NCBI GenBank assembly: GCA_024626585.2
Contig: JANKJI020000002.1
Span: 82,312,828-82,332,775 of the forward strand
Length of the DNA: 19,948 nucleotides
DNA from: Ginkgo biloba
Taxonomy: Eukaryota; Plantae; Ginkgophyta
Reading direction: 5' to 3'
Position numbers and translations under genes: made by a program. Shown here one piece after another: positions 9,640 to 19,948 of the stretch. Below the pieces are notes generated by a model that was not told the DNA's origin, searched no databases, and saw only the letters and a program-made list of their open reading frames with translations. The first letter of the stretch is position 1. Each line of letters starts with the position of its first letter.

Positions 9640-11070
9640 GTGTATGGTTAGTCCCTATCCACTTGTCCCTCCAAAAGAAAAAAAATTCCCTTGATGTCCT
9701 AGGGAAAAGAATGACTTCCATAAAATAATGTCCCTTTAGATTATCTTATAATATTATAACCCACCTCATATAAAATCCAAAAATCTTAAAANNNNNNNNN
9801 NNNNNNNNNNNNNNNNNNNNNNCTTGTTTCCATATCCTTGAATCTAGCTATAAAAAAATTGAGCACCTTTTTTTCCCTCTCACATTTGAGGGGAAAAATA
9901 GATCCTAAATACCTAGTCCAACTTTATATTTCAAGGAAGTCACCTTTACTTAGCTGATTGAATGATAATATTCTCTTTCCCCTACCTTTGTATCCCATAA
10001 GAAGTTGATCCCTATACTCCTTAAGCAATTCAAGATAACCTTAGGAGCATGAAATAAATACATGACATAATTTAGCATCTATGAAAGGGTGGAATAGAAA
10101 ATAACTTTCCTCCCAATCAAATTGAGAAATAATTTTAGCTATAAATTCAACCTCTCCTTAAACCTATCCACAAAATACTTCCAAACTATTATTTTTGGCT
10201 TATTAAATATAACAAGGATCCTTAGATATTTATGAATAAATATAGATGAAGTATGTAGATGGAAATGGATTTTGGAGCCTTTTATTTATGATTATTCCCT
10301 AATTTTATTTTATTGTAAAAATCATTAATGTTGGTTTTTCTCTNNNNNNNNNNNNNNNNNNNNNNNNNNNNNNNNNNNNNNNNNNNNNNNNNNNNNNNNN
10401 NNNNNNNNNNNNNNNNNNNNNNNNNNNNNNNNNNNNNNNNNNNGACATTAATTGTTTCATAGCCATACTAAAGTTACCCTTCTATCAAATCCTCTTATGT
10501 ATCTCCTTAACAAACCAACCGTGTCAAGTCATTTTGGATATTGGATTATCTATTTTTAAGAGTTTGAGCTTGATTTTATTCATAGAAATACTAAGAAATT
10601 AATGAGTCTAGCAAAATTATTATATTTTCTCCTCCTCCTCAAGCTCCCATTCTAGTTATAGCCAAGTCTTTCTCTTATCAATTAGCAAACATATATGTTA
10701 TCCTATTTTCAAATCTAATCAATTAGACTTATCTCAAATTCATTTATGATTTATCTTAGGGAAATATCCCTTCTTCTTTCCTCTCTATTTTTCATTGATC
10801 ATTTCTTGAATGAGGGGGTATTCTCATTTCACTAAGTCATCTACATTTTAGCTCCTAACTTTCATTAGTTGTGGAGATTATTTTCTTAGAGAATTTTATA
10901 GATTTGTTATATTTGAGCTCATTTCAACTTACTATTTACTATTTTTAGGAGTATTGGTAAAATAAAAATGTTTACGTTTTATTTTAAGTTTAATTTTCAT
11001 TTGGCATGAATGCTCTCATTATTGGCCTAGTGCTTTCATGGAAAGTATATTTTATTCATGACTTAGGAAA
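9640..11070 (-). mobile_element. Decayed L1-clade LINE ORF2 (reverse transcriptase and downstream region)
   Basis: Minus-strand translation of ~10240-9900 gives KYLRIL....KPKIIVWKYFVDRFKERLNL*LKLFLNLIGRKVIFYSTLS*MLNYVMYLFHAPKVILNCLRSIGINFLW...HSIS*, then frameshifted KVGLGI*DL. FFWRDKWIG lies near 9650-9680. These match plant LINE motifs KYLGIP, RLxxWKxxxLSxxGR, RNFLW, GGLGIRDL and FWxDxW. Weaker GWFVK and KYTFHEST motifs lie at ~10500-11050 across a gap. Confidence 0.85.
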
Positions 11071-12720
11071 TTTGTCCCTCACCAATTGTTATAACTTGAG
11101 GGGCACATTCTCTCTCTCTTTTAGATATTAATTAGGCTAATGGATTAGTTAGTACTTATGGGAATTTTCCCTTTAACCCTATATAGGCACATGAGGTAAA
11201 ATCAACCCCCACTCCTACCCTTATTTTGTATGGGTGGGAGATGATTACTTCGTTCATAATGTTGAATGTAGAATCATAAGAACGTTAACTTATTCCATGA
11301 TTTGTAAGGTTGTGATGAGTACATCTCATATTTTACTCCATCTTATTCCCATCATGCTATATGTTTTATTCTTATGTTTATTCCAATTTTTTTCACTAAC
11401 ATATATATGATGATGTAACTAGTCATATTCATAAAAGGTGGTCATCTATTGTTGTGCATGTTCCTATGATATGAGTTAGAGGTGTAAAATAAAATAGTCC
11501 ACATCTTAATATAAAACATTATTTTAAAAATATTGCTTTAGATTACCACAAGATGCACATGTGGATTGAAATCATATCAATTTAAAATAAAATGGATCTT
11601 ATGTCACTAATATGTTAGTGGATTGTAAGCATATATACCTCACATTACTACAAGATGAGTCTATGGATTTGATCACATGATAGTGGAAATGTTTCAAGGA
11701 ATAAATATTCTTATAGGTTGATNNNNNNNNNNNNNNNNTATGTATATTTATAAGTATTGGCCATGAAATATTTTATTATTATATATTTTTTTTTGTTTAA
11801 AACATAATTCAATACCTTGAAATTAGGCCATAGTATTTTGATATGAATTATTTTAATTGACAAAAGTTATTGGTCAAATGTTCCATTAATTACATGTTAA
11901 TCCATTCACTTTTGAGGGCAATAATATGATTTTGTTAACTTAAGAATAATTATTTAACCAAAATTGATTAGTATTTATGNNNNNNNNNNNNNNNNNNNNN
12001 NNNNNNNNNNNNNGATATGATACAATGGTAGAAGGATTCAATTATAGGATGTGAGACTAATAAAATTATAGATGATTCAATTATAGTTTTCTAACCTTAA
12101 AAGAAAGAGATAATGAATAATTGAATCAATATGATAGAAGATTTATTGGTATGAGTATTACTTATTTTAATTAAATAATATAAATAATTAATTATTCATT
12201 TCCAATATTTATCAATGATATAGGTATAAATCTACATTACTCATATTCACTATTAAACTAATTTATCTTTATTATAATAAAATTGTTATCATGGAAATTA
12301 TTTTCTATGGGTTTATATGGTGTGTGTGTGCTTACTGGAAAACGCAAAGTTCTAATGATAAAAAGGGACTATTTATGAAAATATAATGTATTCTTTGATT
12401 ATTCTCCTAGTAAATGTATCATTTTGAATGTATCTCNNNNNNNNNNNNNNNNNNNNNNNNNTATTATTAGATATTATCTCCTTCATATATGCACCATTTC
12501 CTTTCCATGGAAATGTTGTATATTATAATACTACTACAAATTTCATTCTCTACATCCAATGAATTATTATTTTTGCATATTTCATAATTAGATAGTAAAA
12601 ATTTTTGGAAGATGAATGAATATTTTATTAAACTCTTAGATTGATGGGATGGTGTTGCTTCAATAAATGCTAACCATTTNNNNNNNNNNNNNNNNNNNNN
12701 NNNNNNNNNNNNNNNNNNAA

Positions 12721-13110
12721 CATTTTATCCCATTTTTGTCAAGTATTACTAAAAATCATTCTTGGTATACTCCTCCCCATTATTAGTGTCTAGAAATTTA
12801 ATTTTTTTACTAGATTATTTTTTAAGTGAGGAATTAAACTCTTGATATTTAATAAAATATTCACTTTTATGCTTCAATAAATAGACCCAAGTATGCGTAG
12901 TAAAATCATCAATAAAATTATGAAGTAGACAACACCTAATAAATAAGGAGTCTTAAGAGGCTTGTATGTGTCACTATGAACTATTTGTATCTTTTCTTTA
13001 GCCCATCCATATTTATCCTTCTCAAAATTCTCTTGATGATGCTTTCTAAGTACACAACCCTCATAAATACCCTTAATAATAAAGATTAAAAGAAGCCTCA
13101 TACTTACATC
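12721..13110 (-). mobile_element. Decayed Ty1/copia integrase (pre-integrase Zn finger plus rve core)
   Basis: GIYEGCVLRKHHQENFEKDKYGWAKEKIQIVHSDTYKPLKTP..GVVYF, then frameshifted FIDDFTTHTWVYLLKHKSE...KIKFLDTNNGEEY. These match copia CEGCxLGK, LxLVHSDxCGP, FIDDFSRxTWVYFLK and LRTDNGGEY. Confidence 0.9.
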
Positions 13111-14129
13111 AATTTATAAATCAACTATAATTTTTCATAATTATCTATTTGATTTATATAACTATAACTAATACATAATCATATTTAGATACATATCATA
13201 AGATAGCTCAAAGTAAACTATTTACAATAGTCATCTAATCAGTTCTACATAACTATAAATGTTAGCTAATACATGAATCCCATAATTCATTTGTAATAAT
13301 TGTTTAATTAATACCCATCCACATATATTTATACTCTAACAAATTGTTATCTTAATCATCAACATTAAAATAGACCGTGGAATTAACTTTAAGACATAAA
13401 GCTAACTTTCTTGGAGAATGGATCAATCTTAATATTTAAAAGAAAATCAAAATATTTTGGCCAAATTATAATAGGATGTTGTAAAAAGCATGCCTAACAT
13501 AGTCACTTTGATTTGTATTAAGCTTGCATATGGAGTCATTTTATAGTTTTATTGTCATTGTATAGCATGGAAGTCAGGTTCTCAACAAACCACTATGATA
13601 AACTAGTACATATATTTGTCTTAAAGATATTACACTTTGATAAAAAAAAAATAGATCAAACAATAAGAAAAATAATAACATCATTAATCCATGATAGTGA
13701 GATCTCAAAAAATTTATAAAATGACACAAGTTAACAAAGGAATTTTATATGATTCTTATTTCATGTGGGAAGATCAAACACCATGCGTGTGCTCTACGAT
13801 GATTCTATGGTGCAACATTTTAGAGTTTAAAAATAATGGATGAAATAGTGATAAATCTATAATCTATATTAAATTAATAGATAGCCTTAGGAGCATGCAA
13901 TAAATACATGNNNNNNNNNNNNNNNNNNNNNNNNNNNNNNNNNNNNNNNNNNNNNNNNNNNNNNNNNNNNNNNNNNNNNNNNNNNNNNNNNNNNNNNNNN
14001 NNNNNNNNNNNNNNNNNNNNNNNNNNNNNNNNNNNNNNNNNNNNNNNNNNNNNNNNNNNNNNNNNNNNNNNNNNNNNNNNNNNNNNNNNNNNNNNNNNNN
14101 NNNNCTTATGCCTTTGCTAAGTTGCATAG

Positions 14130-14275
14130 ATATATCATTGTCTACTCTCCAACATATCTTTTGGATTCCCATTCCTCCATTTCCACCAAAAGGATAATTA
14201 TTCTGATTGTGCTCAACTATATATGTTAAGTAAAAAACCCTCCATTATGTAATAAGTCTTTAATTTCATCTATCA
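14130..14275 (-). mobile_element. Possible decayed copia gag N-terminus of the same element
   Basis: Minus strand gives MKLKTYYIMEGF and frameshifted EEWESK, resembling copia gag W.MKMKxYLxxEGLW...EWxxKD. Orientation and distance upstream of the integrase are appropriate. Confidence 0.35.
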
Positions 14276-15282
14276 AAAAGGATTTAGGAACATCAGTTCT
14301 TATGTTCCTANNNNNNNNNNNNNNNNNNAGTCCATGATAGTATTCATGTATTGTTGACAACAAATATATCATAAAATATTCTTTTCTATATGTTTAACCA
14401 TGGTCAACTTGATATTATATATTTGGTTATATTATTAAACAATAATAATAATAAATTAATATTAAAATATCTATAATTTATATACATGAAACAAAGTTAT
14501 CTATGTAACCAAACCCATAATTATCTATGGTTAATTTAATACCTAACTATTTTAAGGCAAAGGCTTAATAGTGGTTGGGACAATAATTAACTATAGTCAT
14601 AAAATATATATGTAAATAATCTATGGAAAATAGAATAAGTATCCATATGATTATATACTTTTATAATTGTGTCAAACGAATTCTTGTGGTTTGGTAAATA
14701 CTTACATATGGTGTGCTTAATACTTGACTATGGATGACATAATAATATATATAAATTCTACATTTAAAAATATTCATATCCATCTAATTGAACCTACACT
14801 TAACTATGACTAGTTCAATAATTAACAATGGTTAAGTTAATACATAATTATAACTATTCTTAGATAAGAATTCTATAAAAATAATAATAAAGTATTAACA
14901 GAATAATCTTTTGTGNNNNNNNNNNNNNNNNNNNNNNNNTATGGATTAATTCATATATAAAAATCCAATGTATAAAATACTTTTTTGCCCATCCATTCTC
15001 TTAATTGTATGTACAATTCAATGTGGATATGATTATATCAATGAGTGACACATAAAAAAATAGACTATGTGTTTATTTAATTCAACACTAATTATTGTCC
15101 ATTTATTCATTAGAAATATTAGGGATTATATAAAGTTGAGTAGCGTTTAGAATCTTCTTCGAGTAGAACCTAAAGTAGTTTGNNNNNNNNNNNNNNNNNN
15201 NNNNNNNNNNNNNNNNNNNNNNNNNNNNNNNNNNNNNNNNNNNNNNNNNNNNNNNNNNNNNNNNNNNNNNNNNNNNNNNNNN

Positions 15283-15393
15283 TGGGATTCAAGACTGCCC
15301 CTCATCTAATGTAATTTTTGTTTTTGTATCTCTGTGCAGTTCTCATGAATGAGAGGTTGAATTCTTCTCTTGTTGGCAAACCCCTTGTCAACA
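15283..15393. mobile_element. Possible LTR terminus ending in ...TCAACA
   Basis: Non-repetitive segment ending AAACCCCTTGTCAACA immediately before the microsatellite. The left part is in a gap. Confidence 0.3.
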
Positions 15394-15554
15394 ATATATA
15401 TGCACACAAACACATATATACATATACATGAATACATATATATATGTATGTATATGCGTGTGTACATACACGCATACATACACAAACATATATATGTGTG
15501 TGTGTGTGTGTGTATGTGTACACATTCATATCTCTCTATACACACACACACATA
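15394..15554. repeat. Composite (TA)n/(CA)n/(TG)n microsatellite
   Basis: Near-continuous alternating purine-pyrimidine dinucleotides, including a (TG) run at ~15494-15512 and a (CA) run at ~15541-15552. Confidence 0.95.
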
Positions 15555-15562
15555 TTAGTATA

Positions 15563-17386
15563 TGATGGTCAAAAGAAATTTTCATAAAATATTATATTGT
15601 TAAAAACATTGAGAACATTTGATGCAAGCACATCCTCATAGTTTTGTGGACAAGTAATGGCGGCAACCATTTTGTGAGCACACAAACTTGATTTTAGGTA
15701 AACGGATGAAGAATGGGCCAACAAATGAATAGAGGCCAAATGGAGGAGAAGAGGAAAAAAAGGAAGTCCTAAATGCCATAAAGGATAGGTGAAATATACC
15801 CATGGAAAGAGGAGAAAAAATCATGGGGAACTGCCAAAATAGATTTGGAGAATGGGCACTAGAAGGCTAATGAATGGTGATGAACGGGTCGATGAATGAT
15901 AGTTATCATTTGTCAAACAGAGTCTATTATTCATCGAACACACAAAGGAAAAGGATAACAATTATCATACGTCTAACAATGATGAACAATTGAAGGAAAA
16001 CAAACCCGTAAGAAATTAAAATGAATTGGGTGAATTTAATAGGACAGCTAGCCTACGCGATCAATTTTAAATCAAATGCATCATATTTTAAGAGGCATTA
16101 ATGGCCTCAATGAATCACCTTAATGAATGGGTGGTAGGTGGAAGTGAATGGTGTGATATCCTAGAGATTTTAGAATTGTGCAAGGAGAAAAAAGAGCAGG
16201 TCTATAAGAAAGAGGGAAGGTAGCAGGGAGTAGGGAGCTCCAAAGGAAAAGAAAGGATAAAAGGGTCACACAGCTATCATGAGGAAGATGAAGAGACCAA
16301 GTGAAAGGCCAAGGGTTTGATGTAGCAACATATTTTTTAAATTTGAGATAACTGATGGAGGGGAAAAGGAGAGCAGGTTGTTAATGAGTCTGTGACAAAG
16401 GTTAAGGACAACCCATGAGGTAGAGCATGAAGGTGTAGGGCCAATGGAGGCCATTTAGTGGAAGACAACAAGGTTAGAACTAGTAGAACCATCGATAGAG
16501 AAAGTTGGGTGGAATTTGTATAAATCCTCCAAGAGGGAGGTTGTGGAATGTAATATGAGGTCAAACACCAATGGGGGAACGTATGCTTGAAAATAAGTCA
16601 GTGGGCCTGATGTAAGAAGATGATTTATGAGTTTAATGTAATAAGCTTTTTANNNNNNNNNNNNNNNNNNNNNNNNNNNNNNNNNNNNNNNNNNNNNNNN
16701 NNNNNNNNNNNNNNNNNNNNNNNNNNNNNNNNNNNNNNNNNNNNNNNNNNNNAGAAGATGGTAAGCATGTCATGAATGAAAGAGAGGAAAGGAGGGGAAA
16801 AGAGGAAGACAGGTCTGAACAGTGGGCCAATTAGATAAGAAGAAGATGATTGGGTCTAAGAGGTGACCTTATATGGACAATGAAGTTTGTTTGGTGAAGA
16901 ACAATAAGGAACTTGGTGGCAGAACTGCTGATAGAGGTAACCATATTCAAAATGAAGAAGAAAGAGAAGGATTGAAGGCCAAGTGGAGAAGATTGTGTGC
17001 ATGTTATGAGGTGGGAGATTTGGTTATGTAACTAAAAATCTCAATATGGGGATGAATGTATGTGAGTTCTTAAAATAGGCCATGGGCCACATATAATGAA
17101 AAGATTTGAATTTAATGCGATGAATTAGTTTATGTGTATTTTTTCCCTCCTATGAATGTGATTTCAATTTTTATTTGATTTGAAAATATTTATGTGAATT
17201 TTTTGGTTGTGTGGATTTGTTGAGAAAATGCCCTTGAAGGTTTGGGCCACCGCATAAGGGATAAAGGCAAATTTCCTATCAGTTGATCCTGGGAAGCCAT
17301 CAGAGTTTGAGGAATCGAGGAGCCATTTGCGTCAACTAGTATCAGAGACGAGGAAGGCTCATTGGTGAAGAAGACTAATACCATCA
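15563..17386 (+). mobile_element. Putative 5' LTR (~1.8 kb including one gap of unknown size)
   Basis: Starts TGATGGT (15563) and ends ACCATCA (17380-17386), a 7-bp terminal inverted repeat. A TATA-like CTATAAG is at ~16202. A PBS follows after 2 nt. Confidence 0.65.
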
Positions 17387-17388
17387 TA

Positions 17389-17400
17389 TTGTATCAGAGC
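17389..17400 (+). other. tRNA-iMet primer-binding site (1 mismatch)
   Basis: TTGTATCAGAGC vs the canonical TGGTATCAGAGC, 2 nt after the LTR-terminal CA. Confidence 0.7.
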
Positions 17401-18681
17401 ATGGGAGTTCTTATTGAATAGTTGAGACAACAAGAAGGCTATGGGGAATTGTTGCAGCAGTGAGGGAAGGAGTCTAAGGAATGTGAAGATGGTGAGATTA
17501 GCATATCGAGAGAGAGTGCCAACAACACATCGAGAGTTGGTAGCCTTGAGGAGAAGGTTAGAGGAAGTATAAGCTAAGAATTAGAGGATCAAAGAGATGG
17601 AATAAAAAATCAGAGGTGAAAGTGATAGGATAAGTGGATCACCACACCAAGGAAACTGGTGGAGTTGAAAAGAGATAAGGAAAAAGAAGAAGAAAAAGAG
17701 TTGATTAAGAAGATTCCAAGAGAATCCATGAATAGGAATGATAAGAAGGTCCTCTGTGAAGGACAGAAGGACAAAGAGCCCATGCAAGTAAAATATGAGG
17801 AGGTGCAAGCAGAGGTGCCATGCAAAGTTGAAGAGTAGGTTTTGTGTGAGGAACATGATGAAGCACAGTATGAGGAGCAGGTGAGAGAANNNNNNNNNNN
17901 NNNNNNNNNNNAAGAGATGGTAAGCTACTAACCATAGATGGGAGAGAGCGATAAGGAATGGAGTGAGATAATTCTAATGGATGAGTATGTGTAGGGGCGA
18001 GAAGAGAAGGAACTAGGTGAGGTTCCATGTGGAGATGAGATTTTGGATGAAGGAATTGAAGAAGTTATGCGTGATGAGGAAAGCAACAAGGAAGCTACAA
18101 AAATAGAGAAGAAAAATTATGGTGATGGTGTGAAGGATGTTACAAAATATGTCATTGTTGGTGATGGATGTGAGAAAGATAAGGGATCTTTTAGAGAGCT
18201 TAAAATTCAAAAAAATAAGAAAGTTGAGGAAGAGATTAGCGAGGTGAGTGAAGGGCCCAAGGAAGGGGAAATAAACAAACAAAGTAGGTCAACAAATGAC
18301 AAAAGGAGGATATTGAACAGGTTAAGGTATTCAACAAATGGATAAAGGAGTCTGACAAACAACCAAAGAGTGTAGACAATGACCAATGGCGATCAATGAA
18401 TAAGAGAGGATGGTCAACAGACGATAAAGGAGATGGGAAAATGACCAAGAGAGGTTGATGAATGGTTAAGGAGGTTGGATAAGAAGTCCAAGGGAATTAA
18501 CAAAAAACTAAGATAGGTCAACAAAATAAAAATAACCAATGAGCGAATGATTAAAAGAAGATAATAAATGGTCCAAGGAGAATTGGACAAGCAGACAAAG
18601 GGAGGAATCTAAAAGATCACTTTGTCATTTTTATATGTTTGCAGGTGATGCGAACAACATGGAGGAACCTTATGAGAAAGA
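17401..18681 (+). mobile_element. Purine-rich internal region of the LTR element with a decayed E/K-rich frame and degenerate short repeats; no pol seen
   Basis: An ATG directly after the PBS opens a stop-riddled E/K/Q-rich frame. CCAAGG, GGTCAACA and ACCAATG motifs recur at 18255-18600. Confidence 0.45.
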
Positions 18682-19948
18682 NNNNNNNNNNNNNNNNNNN
18701 NNNNNNNNNNNNNNNNNNNNNNNNNNNNNNNNNNNNNNNNNNNNNNNNNNNNNNNNNNNNNNNNNNNNNNNNNNNNNNNNNAGGTCATTATGGACTATTG
18801 GGGTTAGGAAAAATTCAAAGATAATCATTAGTTTATAAGAATAAATCTATCTCAAGTCATTTTGCATTATTGGGCTTAAGATGAATTCATAAATGGACAT
18901 TAGTTCATAAGAATAAATCTATCTAGTTTTATAGCGCCTCGTGTAATATTCTTTCACCGCACACTCTATTATCTTCAATAAACTTGCTAAGGTTCCAAGT
19001 CTCAGTTTACTCTATCATTACCCCTTTCTATGAGCACAAACATTATATTAGGATTGTTGCATGCATGTTGAGCATAAATCATATTCAAGTACATCAGATC
19101 TATAATTACAATGATAGTTCATTATCTCTACCTTTGGTTGTAATTAGAAAATTATAAACTATGGAAAAATCTAATTGTTGGGTTAGTAGTTATTATTCTT
19201 TGTATTTTATAGATACTACAAATTTAATTTAGTCTTATAGCAATGGCATTGAATCCCCTATGCTTTGGGAGTTTTATGTGAATTCTAGTGTAGATCATCC
19301 TATCCTCTAAATTTTCAAAGAGGGGTGACACTATTACCTATTCAAGAGCTAGGGGAGGTCCTTATTTACTTTCTTCACATATAAGGCCATAGATGCTTGG
19401 ACCTTTTTTTAATGGATCTTTTCATTCTCAAGCGATAATTATTGAAAGATGGAAGTTGGATAGGTGCACTGCCTCATTTTTCCAACTTGTTACTAGGACT
19501 ACAGATCAAAAGTGGACCACAAACAAAGTTGATATCTCCAACACCACTCAAATCCACAAAATAATTATTCAACATACAAAGCACATTACTCANNNNNNNN
19601 NNNNNNNNNNNNNNNNNNNNNNNNNNNNNNNNNNNNNNNNNNNNNNNNNNNNNNNNNNNNNNNNNNNNNNNNNNNNNNNNNNNNNNNNNNNNNNNTAAAG
19701 AGCGGATTTATTAATTATGGACCATATAAAACTAATTAACTTGCCACACAATTCAACATAACATAACATAAGCATATTATATCTATAGGGTTTCTCATGC
19801 AAGGGTGTAGGAATACCTTTATACACGCGCACGCAAAGAAAATAATGCCATAAAATATTATTTTGTTTAATTTTTTATAACACTTTAATATCATTTTGAC
19901 CTAATAATAGTTAATATTGAGTTAATCATAGTTAAATGTATATGTGTA

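Noticed and set aside
14285-14310. 9-bp inverted repeat TAGGAACAT...ATGTTCCTA
   Set aside because: It is short, abuts a gap, and has no supporting context.
15302-15558. His/Thr/Tyr/Val/Cys-rich ORFs
   Set aside because: They are translations of the microsatellite.
19321-19330. AGGGGTGACA resembling an LTR 3' terminus
   Set aside because: No matching TGTCAC start, PBS or TSD is visible in the window.

Overview
Eukaryotic (land-plant, probably gymnosperm-like) nuclear DNA from a gappy scaffold. Many 100-N placeholder gaps make adjacency across them uncertain. The only credible host gene is an apparently intronless PLS-class PPR-E1-E2-DYW (PG-type) organellar C-to-U RNA-editing factor on the minus strand (ATG 5819, readable to 3198). 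Its C-terminal DYW half is lost in an assembly gap. The rest is decayed and partly nested retroelements: a Ty3/gypsy RNase H remnant interrupted by a putative LTR, a ~140-bp degenerate tandem array with a PPT/LTR-like end, a tRNA-iMet PBS element, an L1-type LINE ORF2 remnant, a Ty1/copia integrase/gag remnant, a composite microsatellite, and a ~1.8-kb LTR with PBS. I cannot support a wholly new biological system. The most interesting signals are the readable PPR code with an internal 4-motif duplication, a phased array of 8 W-boxes at an LTR start, stem-loop-forming tandem repeats, and a doubled LTR-end/PBS junction.
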